This document shows positions 1 to 10,952 of a DNA stretch of 64,000 nucleotides, in pieces. Within the stretch, counting starts at the first letter, position 1; every line of letters begins with the position of its first letter. Made by a program: the position numbers and the translations under genes. The DNA is taken from assembly GCA_000146045.2 (NCBI GenBank), contig BK006944.2, forward strand, positions 416,001 through 480,000, written 5' to 3'. The stretch comes from TPA_inf: Saccharomyces (Eukaryota). The notes beneath the pieces are model-generated. The model was not told the origin of the DNA. It did not search any database and saw only the letters and a program-made list of their open reading frames with translations.

Positions 1-913
1 TATCAGGAAATGCTACGCTAAAGTCACGGGAAGCTCCAAAAGTTAAGAAAAACTCATTTGCCTTCTTAACCAAATTCTTGTTTGATGAATAATAAAAGTG
101 ATGAATCTTTGAAGCCGCTAGTTCATTTAAAATTTTGGTTTTAGTAGTTCTCTTGAAGGATTTCTCCTTTAAAATGTCGTTTATGAATACCGATAGTATG
201 TGCTCAGATAACTTGTCAGAATCAGCCTTATTCATGAATTTAAATAGGTTGCTCATAATCTTAAAGTTTTCTGTCAAAAGTTCTTTTCTCACGAATGGGG
301 AAGCATTTGAGATCAATGTCAACCAAAACTTGATAAATGTAAATCTTAATGAGTCATGTTTGGATGAATCAGCAGATGAATTCCCATTGGCTAACTCAGA
401 CTTGCTTGGTACCAACAGTCTTGGTAAAATAGGTAATGAAAAATCGAAATATGAAACTAATTCCTCTATATGTTGCCCATTGTTGAAATTGACTATTTGT
501 TTGAGTAGACGAAGAATTGGATTAGTTAATTGCGCACGCATATTGTTCAACCCTCTATAGAGAACTTTTGTGTAATCGGTCAATATCAATCTAATTAGAC
601 CGCTCCCAATAGTCACTGTACTAGTATCAGATGACAAAACTCGTAAGGTTTTAGTCAGTAATGAGGTAGTTTTCGAGAATTTCCCATGGTTATTTACTTG
701 AGCATAATATGACCAAGTCTGTACCAATTGAGCACCAAATCCTCTTTGGAAGAACACTATTAGAGGTTGGTAATCTTTGGAGAGAGTTTCATCTTCGACT
801 GCACTGATTATACTTTCTAGTGTTTCTAATGTACCGTCTTCGAACTCTTTCCCTTGGGTGTACTTCTCCCTTCTCTGGTCGCGAGATCCATAGGCTTCGC
901 TATGATTACTCAT
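1..913 (-). CDS. URB1: 5' portion (about 304 codons) of a long ORF that runs off the left edge of the window. N-terminus MSNHSEAYGSRDQRREKYTQGKEFEDG... matches the ribosome-biogenesis protein Urb1/Npa1. 3' end not in window.
   Basis: Minus-strand ATG at 913..911 followed by an uninterrupted reading frame to position 1. It is absent from the ORF track because it is open-ended, and no competing long ORF occurs on either strand in this stretch. The gene order (next gene ARC19) fits YKL014C. The identity rests on my recollection of the protein sequence, not a database hit. Confidence 0.75.
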   Translation of the reverse strand, partial: MSNHSEAYGSRDQRREKYTQGKEFEDGTLETLESIISAVEDETLSKDYQPLIVFFQRGFGAQLVQTWSYYAQVNNHGKFSKTTSLLTKTLRVLSSDTSTVTIGSGLIRLILTDYTKVLYRGLNNMRAQLTNPILRLLKQIVNFNNGQHIEELVSYFDFSLPILPRLLVPSKSELANGNSSADSSKHDSLRFTFIKFWLTLISNASPFVRKELLTENFKIMSNLFKFMNKADSDKLSEHILSVFINDILKEKSFKRTTKTKILNELAASKIHHFYYSSNKNLVKKANEFFLTFGASRDFSVAFPD

Positions 914-1006
914 TATGTAAGTGCTCCTCTAGTTCTGTTAGATGAAGTAGTACCGCATAGATTAGAGAAATAATATCCAATCAAGAATATAACCGAACTA
1001 TTCTTT

Positions 1007-1035
1007 GCGATGAGCTTTATTGCTGAAATTTTTCA
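1007..1035. promoter_or_regulatory. PAC (GCGATGAGC, about 1007..1015) and RRPE-like (TGAAATTTTTCA, about 1024..1035) ribosome-biogenesis promoter motifs about 100-120 bp upstream of the URB1 ATG
   Basis: Exact PAC consensus and an A/T-rich RRPE core, both read directly from the sequence. Co-occurrence of PAC and RRPE is typical of RiBi-regulon promoters, and URB1 is a RiBi gene. Confidence 0.55.
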
Positions 1036-1507
1036 TATTTCGTCTACAGTGATATAATATTGAAATCCTCATGCAAGTCGTGCATAGGTAAAAGCTGTTT
1101 ACTATATGTTGGTGCACTATTATCATATAATTTTAGTTTGGTCGTATACTAGTGCGGCAGTAATAATAAATGCTTTAGAATCTTCAATCTTCATTTGTTT
1201 ACGTAAAATGAAAACGTTTTGTGTTAGAATTGACAGATTGAAGTTTAATTTTAGGTGTCGGGAGAAACATTTTAATCCCTTTTTATGAATATAATTTAAG
1301 TACTAAAAAAATCACCATAATTATACAAAGTAACTGCAATTTAAAAGTACGTTTATAATTAATTCACATACACATGTTATTGTATCTAACTAAATAGTCT
1401 CGAAATAGTTCAATTGAGTACGCAAACTAACACAGTCAGTACAGATCGTAAAGTTTTCCGTCAATAGGGCCCTGACGGAGAAAGATTCCCTTTCCTATAT
1501 TAGGAAT

Positions 1508-2023
1508 CTAATAGACAAATTCATCAAGATATGCTTCCGCAACAAATCTTGCTCTGGCATTCAAAAACAGTTTAATTTCACTGATTTCCTTATCCACGTC
1601 CTCCATGAATTCAATAATAAAATCAACCAATTTCCCAGTTTTCATTGATTCAGTATGCTTATTAGTTATTAGAAAAGAAATACTGTAGCCAGGTATTGGT
1701 ACACGTCTCAGAATGTAGAATGCTTCAGCACGCTGTTCCAAAAATCTAGTAAACTTGTGAACTAAAATCTGCTCAATTTCATCTGCCTGTTTCACCATTA
1801 AACTCATACGCACCGAGTTTACACTGGGCTCAATCAATACTTGTTCATTTTCATTACGAGATATATGCATCGGTTGGAGCAACAATTCGGCGCTAGTGTT
1901 AGGGACTTCAACTTCCGGTCTGTTGTGCCTCTCCACTTCCTGCGAAGAGAAATTGCTCAAAGTCAACGCAGCTTCCAGGGAATAACGAACAGCCGTTAGA
2001 TACGGACGTAATGATTGTGACAT
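1508..2023 (-). CDS. ARC19: Arp2/3 complex subunit, 171 aa
   Basis: Complete 171-aa ORF with a true ATG ([20 protein letters not shown]...). Length and sequence match ARC19 (YKL013C). I found no GTATGT/TACTAAC intron signals upstream. Confidence 0.9.
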   Translation of the reverse strand: MSQSLRPYLTAVRYSLEAALTLSNFSSQEVERHNRPEVEVPNTSAELLLQPMHISRNENEQVLIEPSVNSVRMSLMVKQADEIEQILVHKFTRFLEQRAEAFYILRRVPIPGYSISFLITNKHTESMKTGKLVDFIIEFMEDVDKEISEIKLFLNARARFVAEAYLDEFVY

Positions 2024-2309
2024 TTCCTACTATCAGTTGCTTCCTCTTTTATCTTTTGTCAAAGTGACACCGAGTTGTTCCGAAAGCCTCTATTTGCTTG
2101 GCTTTACAGGCTTTTTTTGTTCTATAATTGTATTTTGCTATACAAAAGGGGCGACGTGGTAAACGATATGAAATTATCGACAATAATAATGTACTTGGAA
2201 ATCTGGCAGTTGATGACATCGCAATAGCGTGCCTACCTATCAGGATAACAAGGTCTGAAGCCAGATCGACCACTAGACAAGCATTGCCGGAGGTGGGAGA
2301 CGTGAAACT

Positions 2310-4061
2310 ATGTCTATTTGGAAGGAAGCTAAAGATGCAAGTGGAAGGATATATTATTACAATACTTTGACAAAGAAATCTACGTGGGAGAAGCCCAAGG
2401 AACTAATTTCTCAGGAGGAGCTACTTCTTCGAGAAAATGGCTGGAAGGCGGCCAAGACGGCAGACGGCAAAGTATACTATTATAATCCAACAACAAGAGA
2501 AACCAGCTGGACTATTCCGGCCTTCGAGAAGAAAGTAGAACCCATCGCAGAACAAAAACATGATACAGTATCCCATGCACAGGTTAATGGAAATAGAATA
2601 GCCCTTACGGCTGGAGAAAAACAAGAGCCGGGACGAACTATAAACGAGGAGGAAAGCCAATATGCTAATAACTCTAAACTGCTTAATGTCAGGAGAAGGA
2701 CTAAAGAAGAAGCAGAGAAGGAATTTATTACCATGCTGAAGGAAAATCAAGTAGACTCTACTTGGTCATTCAGTAGAATTATTTCAGAACTGGGGACCAG
2801 AGATCCAAGGTATTGGATGGTCGATGATGACCCCTTATGGAAGAAAGAAATGTTTGAGAAATATCTTTCCAATAGATCAGCCGATCAACTTCTTAAGGAA
2901 CACAATGAAACAAGCAAATTCAAAGAAGCCTTTCAGAAAATGTTGCAAAACAATTCTCATATAAAATATTACACCCGTTGGCCTACCGCAAAGAGACTAA
3001 TTGCCGACGAACCAATATACAAACACTCCGTGGTCAATGAAAAGACAAAGAGACAGACCTTTCAAGATTATATAGATACCCTCATCGACACTCAGAAAGA
3101 ATCAAAAAAAAAATTGAAAACACAGGCCCTAAAAGAACTAAGAGAGTATTTAAACGGTATTATAACAACATCATCCTCTGAAACTTTCATAACCTGGCAG
3201 CAGCTTTTAAATCACTATGTTTTTGATAAGAGTAAGAGATATATGGCGAACCGGCACTTCAAAGTCTTAACCCACGAAGATGTTTTAAACGAGTATCTGA
3301 AAATAGTAAATACGATTGAAAACGATCTTCAAAACAAACTAAATGAGCTCCGACTGCGCAATTATACCAGAGACCGTATTGCTAGAGATAACTTTAAAAG
3401 CTTATTAAGAGAAGTGCCAATCAAAATCAAAGCAAATACTAGATGGTCAGATATTTATCCTCATATAAAGTCTGATCCGCGCTTTTTACATATGCTTGGA
3501 AGGAATGGCTCGTCCTGCCTTGATTTATTTTTAGATTTTGTTGATGAACAAAGGATGTACATCTTTGCACAAAGATCAATAGCCCAACAGACGTTGATAG
3601 ATCAAAATTTTGAATGGAATGATGCCGATAGCGACGAGATCACCAAGCAAAACATAGAAAAAGTTCTGGAAAATGACCGGAAATTTGACAAGGTGGATAA
3701 AGAAGACATCAGTTTGATTGTTGATGGTTTGATAAAGCAAAGAAACGAAAAGATACAACAGAAACTCCAAAATGAGCGTAGGATATTGGAGCAAAAGAAG
3801 CACTATTTTTGGTTACTTTTGCAAAGGACATATACAAAAACCGGTAAGCCCAAGCCTAGTACGTGGGATTTAGCTTCCAAAGAGCTTGGCGAATCTCTTG
3901 AATACAAGGCACTAGGCGATGAAGATAACATAAGAAGACAAATTTTCGAGGATTTTAAGCCTGAAAGCTCTGCACCGACTGCCGAAAGCGCTACTGCAAA
4001 CTTAACGTTGACCGCGTCAAAAAAGAGGCATTTAACTCCGGCTGTGGAATTGGACTATTGA
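2310..4061 (+). CDS. PRP40: U1 snRNP splicing factor with two N-terminal WW domains followed by FF domains, 583 aa
   Basis: 583-aa ORF. Two WW motifs (W..YYYN...W..P) are visible at the N-terminus, and the length matches PRP40 (YKL012W). Confidence 0.92.
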   Translation: MSIWKEAKDASGRIYYYNTLTKKSTWEKPKELISQEELLLRENGWKAAKTADGKVYYYNPTTRETSWTIPAFEKKVEPIAEQKHDTVSHAQVNGNRIALTAGEKQEPGRTINEEESQYANNSKLLNVRRRTKEEAEKEFITMLKENQVDSTWSFSRIISELGTRDPRYWMVDDDPLWKKEMFEKYLSNRSADQLLKEHNETSKFKEAFQKMLQNNSHIKYYTRWPTAKRLIADEPIYKHSVVNEKTKRQTFQDYIDTLIDTQKESKKKLKTQALKELREYLNGIITTSSSETFITWQQLLNHYVFDKSKRYMANRHFKVLTHEDVLNEYLKIVNTIENDLQNKLNELRLRNYTRDRIARDNFKSLLREVPIKIKANTRWSDIYPHIKSDPRFLHMLGRNGSSCLDLFLDFVDEQRMYIFAQRSIAQQTLIDQNFEWNDADSDEITKQNIEKVLENDRKFDKVDKEDISLIVDGLIKQRNEKIQQKLQNERRILEQKKHYFWLLLQRTYTKTGKPKPSTWDLASKELGESLEYKALGDEDNIRRQIFEDFKPESSAPTAESATANLTLTASKKRHLTPAVELDY

Positions 4062-4154
4062 TTCTGACGTGTCGACCTCTATCTTGTTAATCATTATATA
4101 AATTATACATAGAGATTACATGTTATTTCAAGTTTGCGATCACCGCACAATTTC

Positions 4155-5216
4155 TTAGTCATTGTTGTAAGTGTTCTGCAAAAATTTCAGCTTTTGTACC
4201 TTATTTTCACAAAATTCAAACACCTGTCCGAACTGTGTTTTAACCAGTGTTTTTGAATTCAAGAGTTCAGTAATACTTTCATAATTTTTTAACCACTCCA
4301 TCCAAGACAAACAATGGAGGAATGAATCTGCCAAATCGTCATCTTTTCTCACCCCCGAATTATCTTGGATCTCTAGTATATCACATAGCTTGAAACTTTT
4401 TTTTTTGGTAAGGGCATTTCTTATCCTATTATTCCAAACTCCTATGAACTCGACCAGTTTTGTAGAACTAGTTGAATTACCTTCTAGTATTGAGGTTGAA
4501 AGTATTTTTTTCACTAGCTTTATTCGAGAATCTTTGCTATGTTTGTTAGATTTTAACTTTTTTGAACTGGTCGGTGTCTCTTCTCTTGGAATGCACCAAT
4601 ATGAAGTCATCCGATGTGGATCGGACGAACATACCATATACCTCAACTTGGACGTATTCGGTATTTTATTCGTATACTTCATTTTATTTTCCAAGTTAGA
4701 GAAAAGAATCTGTTCGAGAATATTCACTTTTAAAATTGGGTCTAAAATATGCCTCGAAGACATAGTTCTGGTACGTTGCCTTTCAATTGTAAACATATCT
4801 GGTATCGGCATAGATTCAAATAAATACTCCGTAAGGTTAAATACAAGCTCAGAAGTTTCAGCAGGATTCAAGCTTAACTTTTTGAGGTTTTGAAAAAATT
4901 TCTCCTCTAGATTTATCTTTTGCCAGTCTAGTACTTTAGGGAGCGGATCATTATTGAGCAATTGCATCTTAGAGAAAGCAAAGTTAGAAACACCAGCATC
5001 CATAGACAATATGTTAATTCTTCCCTCTCTTATCTTTTGTTGTCGTAACTTCTCCAAAAATTCACACTGTTCTTGAATGTAGGTTCTTTTAGCTTCTTTC
5101 GTCGTGCCATTTACTGCTCCAATAACAAATGATAAAGATTTCAGTTGTGTGCTTTTTGCATTTTGGCAGCAGGAATCGATGAGTTGCAATATCTTAGCTT
5201 TCTGTGCTGTCGACAT
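4155..5216 (-). CDS. CCE1: Mitochondrial cruciform-cutting endonuclease (Holliday-junction resolvase), 353 aa
   Basis: The track ORF (383 aa) begins at a TTG. The first ATG gives MSTAQKAKILQLIDSC..., 353 aa, matching CCE1 (YKL011C). Confidence 0.88.
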   Translation of the reverse strand: MSTAQKAKILQLIDSCCQNAKSTQLKSLSFVIGAVNGTTKEAKRTYIQEQCEFLEKLRQQKIREGRINILSMDAGVSNFAFSKMQLLNNDPLPKVLDWQKINLEEKFFQNLKKLSLNPAETSELVFNLTEYLFESMPIPDMFTIERQRTRTMSSRHILDPILKVNILEQILFSNLENKMKYTNKIPNTSKLRYMVCSSDPHRMTSYWCIPREETPTSSKKLKSNKHSKDSRIKLVKKILSTSILEGNSTSSTKLVEFIGVWNNRIRNALTKKKSFKLCDILEIQDNSGVRKDDDLADSFLHCLSWMEWLKNYESITELLNSKTLVKTQFGQVFEFCENKVQKLKFLQNTYNND

Positions 5217-5423
5217 ATTACTATCTTTTTTAGCTTTAGACTGTATAACCGTAAGCCTTCGTTGTATGCAATGGATAAACAAATATGGAATCGCCAGTTG
5301 AAACAAAAAAATGAGAAAAGTACGGATAATCCGAAGAAATTTAGTCTGATTCCATCCATTTTTTGTATCTTAAGAAATAATTTTGAAGTCATATAAAACT
5401 TAAATAGAAAAAGTAACTAAAAT

Positions 5424-8400
5424 TTAGGAAAGTAGAAAAGCTCCTGCACCCTCTTCAATGGCTTGACAAAGACGAGACCGCATAATATCTTTGCTAGTAT
5501 ACTTCGGCAATTTCAAATAATTAGCACATGTCATTACACTTGGTAGATATTCGTCTGCTGTTAGGCCATCTTCAGCATGCTTTAACACAACTGTAAACTT
5601 TGGGTTCAAACTTTTAAATCCCCCAATTGGAAGCTTGGGAGATCCCGTTAAAAATTGCAAAAATAATCTTCTTTCATGCTTACCAAACGCGGATATTATT
5701 GATATAAAATCATGAATGATTGAAGAATCCATTGTATAGCCATGTTCAGCGTTCAAGTTTGTGTATAAAGTTGCCATAGACCAGTCTTCCTCAACTCGTC
5801 CGAAAATATCCACTAATTCATCCGGAAAAAGTATTAGCATCCTCTCATAGGAAAACACCTTTGAAAAACCTTCAATAAATGCTTTTAACTGTTTTTCAAT
5901 GCCCTTACCTAATATTTGGTCGATAACGCCATGGATATATTCTTCAACATTAGAAGAGTTCAAGGATTTATTACAACCCCCCGGAATCAACTCAATGTCA
6001 TCATTTCCAGGAACGGTAAATGTCAAGGACAACGATTCTAGGGTCATATTGTCATCCTTATTCGCTACTATGTATTTAAGGGATTTTGCGAGTAACGGAT
6101 CTACCAATTCGATCATTAACAGACAGGTTTCAACGTCGCTCGGCACTGTCGTCACATTGGGCGTAGACATTCTGTGCAATAACTCAAAAAAGACTTTGCT
6201 AAATCTAAAGTCAAGAATTCTATTATCAAGCAACGATCTGGCAACAAATGTCCCCAAATATCCAAAAAGTTCAATAACTTTTTCATTATTGGAAAACGGG
6301 TTGAGGGGCTCTGGGAACAATAAAGTGGTAATATAATCGTCAGTAGTATCAACATCCATTTCGCTTCTGTAACTATAAGAGTTACAACGCCACATATTTA
6401 ACGACTTTCTTGCAAAATACTTGGAAACTACGGAGTAAAATTCCAAAGTCGGTCCTAAACCTGTTCCTGCTTCTTCTTGATATTCAATTTCCAGTACGTC
6501 AGGGCTACTTCCGTACTTGGATAAAATCTTGAGACCGGTAGCGAATATTGTTTTTCTTGAAATCCGCAGCTTACGCCTAGTAATTCTCCCAAGTTGTTGT
6601 AAAGCTTCGTCATTCCTTAAATCTTTCGAGCCTTTACTCTTATTCTTCCAAAGTTGAATCAATCTTCCGTAACCAAATGAAGTACATTGTAGGAAAAGCA
6701 TCCTGGTATCAAACGGAAACAAAAATGGGAATCTCCTGGTCAAAAATAGTGACCAATCCGGCAAAGCTCCACTTGCTACTACCAATGGTTCATCTAGTTG
6801 TCTAGCGAGCTTAGCGCTTAGTTTTGAGTTGATAAAACTGTCGCTTTTAACACCGCAGCTATGTAGAAAATCCAGCAATGTCAGAATATCCGCTGAAGAT
6901 CCAGTATCAACCTGTGCGAATTCTCTTTTTTTATAAAAATCTCTTAACTTTTTCCCCTCATTAGCTTCCTCGGCTGCCTCACTCTCTCTATTGTTACCTT
7001 CTAAACTTTTGCAAAATTTGATTGTATGTGTATCATCCCATAAAGTTTTTAAGTCACGATTTCGCCTGACGAATGTATTAAATATCACACCAAATACTGT
7101 AGACTCCATGTCAACTTTTTCATTATCATAAAAAAAGTCAAAGTTCTTTTTTCTCATATGATCCAAGCAATTTTCTTCTTCTTCCCTATCAGCTTCGGTA
7201 CTGGAAGATGTAAGGTTTGGGATTAATGAATTCAAAAAACGCATTCTTACCATTCTGTGTCTCAAAAACTCATTAAGTGAGGTAAAAGAAGCTATGCAAT
7301 GGACCGAAACGATAGTAGATGATAAATCAGTACCAATATTATCTTTGCTTGCATCGCCATCATAAACCAACTTAATTTTTATCTCTTTAGCCAGTGAAGA
7401 TACACCACCACCATCGTGTAAACCGCAATCAACTATAGAGAAATTCTCCAGCCTTGTGAGAGCAGATTGTAGGATTTCTAAAAATCTGTCAATACAATCC
7501 TCAAATACCTCTAAAAATGATTTAGCAAGAATGAAATGGGATACCGTTGAGGATGTAATTCTTTTAGTTATGGAGGAAGCTAGCCCTGTAGAAGTAAATT
7601 CGAAACCTGACACGTCGAAATCTTCATGGAAAATACATTTTTTTAAAACAGACCAAATTCCCTTCCAATCCTCTTCAGTTTTGTCCGGAGTGGAAGGATT
7701 TTCTAAAATAGAAACAACGCCTTCGATTTGATGGAGCTCCTCTGTTATTGCTTCTTGCTCAACGTTCATCTGAGAAAGTACTCTATTAACTAGGTTCACA
7801 CCCTTGTTTTTAATATAAGCTAGAGATAGAGTTCTGAAAATGTGTATTGAAATTTTCTTTGGTTTTACTGAATCAGGAATTTCCATATCAGTAAATTCGT
7901 AATCATATTCTTCATCACCCTCATCACATTCCTCAATACTGCTATGCAAATCCCCTTCTTCGTCAGAAAGTGAAATATTTTCATTCCCGTCTTCCTTTAA
8001 ATCAATGTTATTGAAATCCACAGACAAATCCTTAACCAAATCAAAAATGCCCTCTCTTTTGATGGAAGGAAAGAACAGTTCGGAAAACTTTTTACAAATT
8101 AAGTCAAGCAACGAGAGACCACCAACCAACAGTGTACCAGCTTCTGATGAGTAAGTACCATTAGCGTTAGACGCTGTTTCTTTTTGGGCCAGGATAGATC
8201 CGATTAACTTAATAAGTTGATCATTGATTGCCTTTGCTGTGGAATTATTTATGCATGATACAACCCTCAGTAAAGCAATAAGTACGTATCTTCTTACGTC
8301 AAAGTCAGCAGCATTTGTATAAATTTCAACGAGAATTGGAATTAGACATTGAACTAGGGAATCAAACTTTTCCTGGTTAGAAATTACGCCACGGTCGCTA

Positions 8401-9875
8401 TTTCCGGTATATTTATCCGCTGACAGTATTCTTTCATCCTCGGGAGGAAACAATACAACTATAAATCTAGAAATGCTAATCAATAAACTGTTTGGGACAT
8501 AAATCAGTGTTTCATGTAACCCTGCGTTAGGACTTTTACTATAATGCTGGAATGATCGTGTTGCCATGTCGACAATGTCAGTTTTCTCTCTCAGTTCTCT
8601 TGAAAGTACATCACTACTCATCGCTAATACGGTTAAAATATCCAAACATTTCAGTTTATTCTCCAAGGGGGTATCCTGAATAGAAACTAGCTGAACTATT
8701 CTTTCGATTAAATCCAACGAAAACAAAGTCTCAAATTTGTCAACCCCATGCAACGCCCCGCAAATACCGTACATGGCATTTACAAGCCTGGTTAATATTG
8801 GTTGGTCTGTCGCATTCGAGAAAATTGGCTTCAGCGTTGGAAGTACTTCAACAATGGTCTTAAAGTCATCCGTTCGGATACTGCTACAGGCGTTCGAAAC
8901 AATTGCGATAGCCTTCCTCTGCGCATGTATAGTTAAAAAATCGAAGAATTGGACGTAGATTGATAATTGGCCCGTTTTTAAAATGTCTCTCCCATGTACT
9001 CTAGAAATATATTCCACCGTTTCTAAAACTTGTTCTGCGAGGTCAATGTAACTGATCTCTACCAATTTTCCTTGTAAAATTGGTATAACGTGTTCATCAA
9101 CAGCTATTGAAATAGATTCAGGGCAGACCTCAAAAAGATTATACATGCATCTACAAGCTTGCATTTGTAATTCTAATTCTTCCCGTAAAATTTTATCAGA
9201 GAGTATGGCAGCTATATTACCTATTAAGGTTTCCATCGGTATAATTCTATCGACAACCATTTGATTCATCATTAATATGTTTTCAGAAAGTTCTTTTAAA
9301 CTCTCCATTGCAATATAAGGATCCTCGGAGGCATTCCCAGTATTCTCTATCAATTTAGAAATCCGCTCATTCCTTGCCGAACTCTCTGCGCTCCTCTCCA
9401 TCCTTCCTCCAATCATCGATAAAATCTCGGGTAGTGTTCTTCCAACCGGGTGTTGCCCAAGTCCTTCACTTGTTTGTCTTCTTTGTTCTAGTCTTTGTGC
9501 GAATGTTTCCAAAATGTCAGGTAAATGTAGGGGGTTGCTGCCAAATTCATTATTATCGTGAGAACGTTCAAGTCCATCTTCTTCTTCATTTCTGTCTTCG
9601 TCACTGCCATTCTGAGTTCTATGATATCCATATAAAAGTCCAGAATCATCTTCATGATGGTAATCGTTATCGTCATCTTCACCATCATCTGCCTCAAAAC
9701 TTCCGACGCTAGAAAGCATATGTTCATCTTCATCTTCATCAGGATAATAAGAGTACTCACCCTGTACATGGCCATCCTCATCATAGTCATCTTCTACCTG
9801 CGTATCCATCATATAATCACTGTTTTCGCTATGGGACTCATGTTCATCAAGGTTGTGCGAATTATTTTCAGACAT
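5424..9875 (-). CDS. UFD4: HECT-domain E3 ubiquitin ligase of the UFD pathway, 1483 aa
   Basis: 1483-aa ORF with a true ATG. It has an acidic/His-rich N-terminus, Armadillo-like repeats and a C-terminal HECT domain with the catalytic Cys near the end. The length matches UFD4 (YKL010C). Confidence 0.92.
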   Translation of the reverse strand: MSENNSHNLDEHESHSENSDYMMDTQVEDDYDEDGHVQGEYSYYPDEDEDEHMLSSVGSFEADDGEDDDNDYHHEDDSGLLYGYHRTQNGSDEDRNEEEDGLERSHDNNEFGSNPLHLPDILETFAQRLEQRRQTSEGLGQHPVGRTLPEILSMIGGRMERSAESSARNERISKLIENTGNASEDPYIAMESLKELSENILMMNQMVVDRIIPMETLIGNIAAILSDKILREELELQMQACRCMYNLFEVCPESISIAVDEHVIPILQGKLVEISYIDLAEQVLETVEYISRVHGRDILKTGQLSIYVQFFDFLTIHAQRKAIAIVSNACSSIRTDDFKTIVEVLPTLKPIFSNATDQPILTRLVNAMYGICGALHGVDKFETLFSLDLIERIVQLVSIQDTPLENKLKCLDILTVLAMSSDVLSRELREKTDIVDMATRSFQHYSKSPNAGLHETLIYVPNSLLISISRFIVVLFPPEDERILSADKYTGNSDRGVISNQEKFDSLVQCLIPILVEIYTNAADFDVRRYVLIALLRVVSCINNSTAKAINDQLIKLIGSILAQKETASNANGTYSSEAGTLLVGGLSLLDLICKKFSELFFPSIKREGIFDLVKDLSVDFNNIDLKEDGNENISLSDEEGDLHSSIEECDEGDEEYDYEFTDMEIPDSVKPKKISIHIFRTLSLAYIKNKGVNLVNRVLSQMNVEQEAITEELHQIEGVVSILENPSTPDKTEEDWKGIWSVLKKCIFHEDFDVSGFEFTSTGLASSITKRITSSTVSHFILAKSFLEVFEDCIDRFLEILQSALTRLENFSIVDCGLHDGGGVSSLAKEIKIKLVYDGDASKDNIGTDLSSTIVSVHCIASFTSLNEFLRHRMVRMRFLNSLIPNLTSSSTEADREEEENCLDHMRKKNFDFFYDNEKVDMESTVFGVIFNTFVRRNRDLKTLWDDTHTIKFCKSLEGNNRESEAAEEANEGKKLRDFYKKREFAQVDTGSSADILTLLDFLHSCGVKSDSFINSKLSAKLARQLDEPLVVASGALPDWSLFLTRRFPFLFPFDTRMLFLQCTSFGYGRLIQLWKNKSKGSKDLRNDEALQQLGRITRRKLRISRKTIFATGLKILSKYGSSPDVLEIEYQEEAGTGLGPTLEFYSVVSKYFARKSLNMWRCNSYSYRSEMDVDTTDDYITTLLFPEPLNPFSNNEKVIELFGYLGTFVARSLLDNRILDFRFSKVFFELLHRMSTPNVTTVPSDVETCLLMIELVDPLLAKSLKYIVANKDDNMTLESLSLTFTVPGNDDIELIPGGCNKSLNSSNVEEYIHGVIDQILGKGIEKQLKAFIEGFSKVFSYERMLILFPDELVDIFGRVEEDWSMATLYTNLNAEHGYTMDSSIIHDFISIISAFGKHERRLFLQFLTGSPKLPIGGFKSLNPKFTVVLKHAEDGLTADEYLPSVMTCANYLKLPKYTSKDIMRSRLCQAIEEGAGAFLLS

Positions 9876-10100
9876 GCTTGGCTACTCTTCTATTTTAAAT
9901 GTTTATCCAAAATTTTCACACCTGAGATATATTGTTGTTAATAAAGCACACAGAAAGGAAAGTATCGATCCCAGAAAGTGGTCTTTCCCTGGGTATGATC
10001 AAAGCTATTCCCCTTTCCAACTACTGTTGGCTATGATCCCACAATTTGATTTCAGTTCAGAAAACCCAACCATTAGGACTTTACCCGGCGAAGGTGAAAG

Positions 10101-10132
10101 AAAAAATTTTTTTCCAGAAAAATGCGATGAGC
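10101..10132. promoter_or_regulatory. RRPE (AAAAAATTTTTTT, about 10101..10113) plus PAC (GCGATGAGC, about 10124..10132), about 110-140 bp upstream of MRT4
   Basis: Consensus motifs read directly from the sequence. MRT4 is a ribosome-biogenesis factor, so a PAC/RRPE pair is expected. Confidence 0.6.
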
Positions 10133-10241
10133 TTTTGAAAAGTTGCAAATATTTGTAGTACTTTGGCTAAGCAGAGCTGATTCCTTTTGCTATACGTACA
10201 TCACTGTCTATCGTCCATAAAAGATTTATTATAGTTGAATC

Positions 10242-10952
10242 ATGCCAAGATCAAAACGTTCCAAGCTAGTCACTTTAGCACAAACCGATAAAAAGGGCAG
10301 AGAAAATAAAGAAAGAATTTTCGATGAAGTGAGGGAAGCCTTAGATACTTATAGATACGTCTGGGTCCTACATCTTGACGACGTAAGAACTCCAGTTTTA
10401 CAAGAAATCAGAACATCTTGGGCAGGCTCTAAGTTAATTATGGGTAAGAGGAAAGTTTTACAAAAAGCATTGGGAGAAAAGAGGGAAGAAGAATACAAAG
10501 AAAATCTGTATCAATTGAGTAAGCTTTGTAGCGGTGTCACTGGTTTATTGTTCACTGATGAGGATGTCAACACTGTCAAGGAATACTTTAAGTCATACGT
10601 TCGTTCAGACTATTCAAGACCGAACACGAAAGCACCACTAACATTTACAATTCCTGAGGGCATTGTCTACTCACGTGGTGGTCAAATTCCAGCTGAGGAA
10701 GATGTTCCAATGATTCATTCTTTAGAGCCAACTATGAGAAACAAATTTGAAATTCCAACTAAAATCAAAGCTGGTAAGATCACCATTGACAGTCCATATT
10801 TAGTTTGCACTGAAGGAGAAAAATTAGATGTTCGTCAAGCTTTAATACTGAAACAATTCGGTATCGCTGCTTCTGAATTCAAAGTCAAGGTGTCGGCCTA
10901 CTATGACAACGATAGCTCCACTGTTGAAAGCACTAACATCAACATGGAATAA
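10242..10952 (+). CDS. MRT4: Pre-60S ribosome assembly factor (paralog of ribosomal P0 protein), 236 aa
   Basis: 236-aa ORF MPRSKRSKLVTLAQTDKKGRENKE... matches MRT4 (YKL009W) in sequence and length. Confidence 0.92.
   Translation: MPRSKRSKLVTLAQTDKKGRENKERIFDEVREALDTYRYVWVLHLDDVRTPVLQEIRTSWAGSKLIMGKRKVLQKALGEKREEEYKENLYQLSKLCSGVTGLLFTDEDVNTVKEYFKSYVRSDYSRPNTKAPLTFTIPEGIVYSRGGQIPAEEDVPMIHSLEPTMRNKFEIPTKIKAGKITIDSPYLVCTEGEKLDVRQALILKQFGIAASEFKVKVSAYYDNDSSTVESTNINME

Noticed and set aside
135-560. 141-aa plus-strand ORF at the left edge
   Set aside because: It lies antisense inside the URB1 coding region, is low-complexity, and has no support. The opposite strand is a clean long ORF.
1508-2110. 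Searched for an intron at the 5' end of ARC19
   Set aside because: No GTATGT, TACTAAC or suitable acceptor within 400 bp upstream. The 171-aa ORF is complete and begins with a true ATG.
4390-4893. 167-aa plus-strand ORF
   Set aside because: Antisense within CCE1. Spurious.
9374-9941. Several short ORFs (112, 100 and 95 aa) on both strands at the UFD4 5' end
   Set aside because: They are generated by the GAT/GAA/CAT-rich sequence encoding the acidic/His-rich UFD4 N-terminus. Not independent genes.
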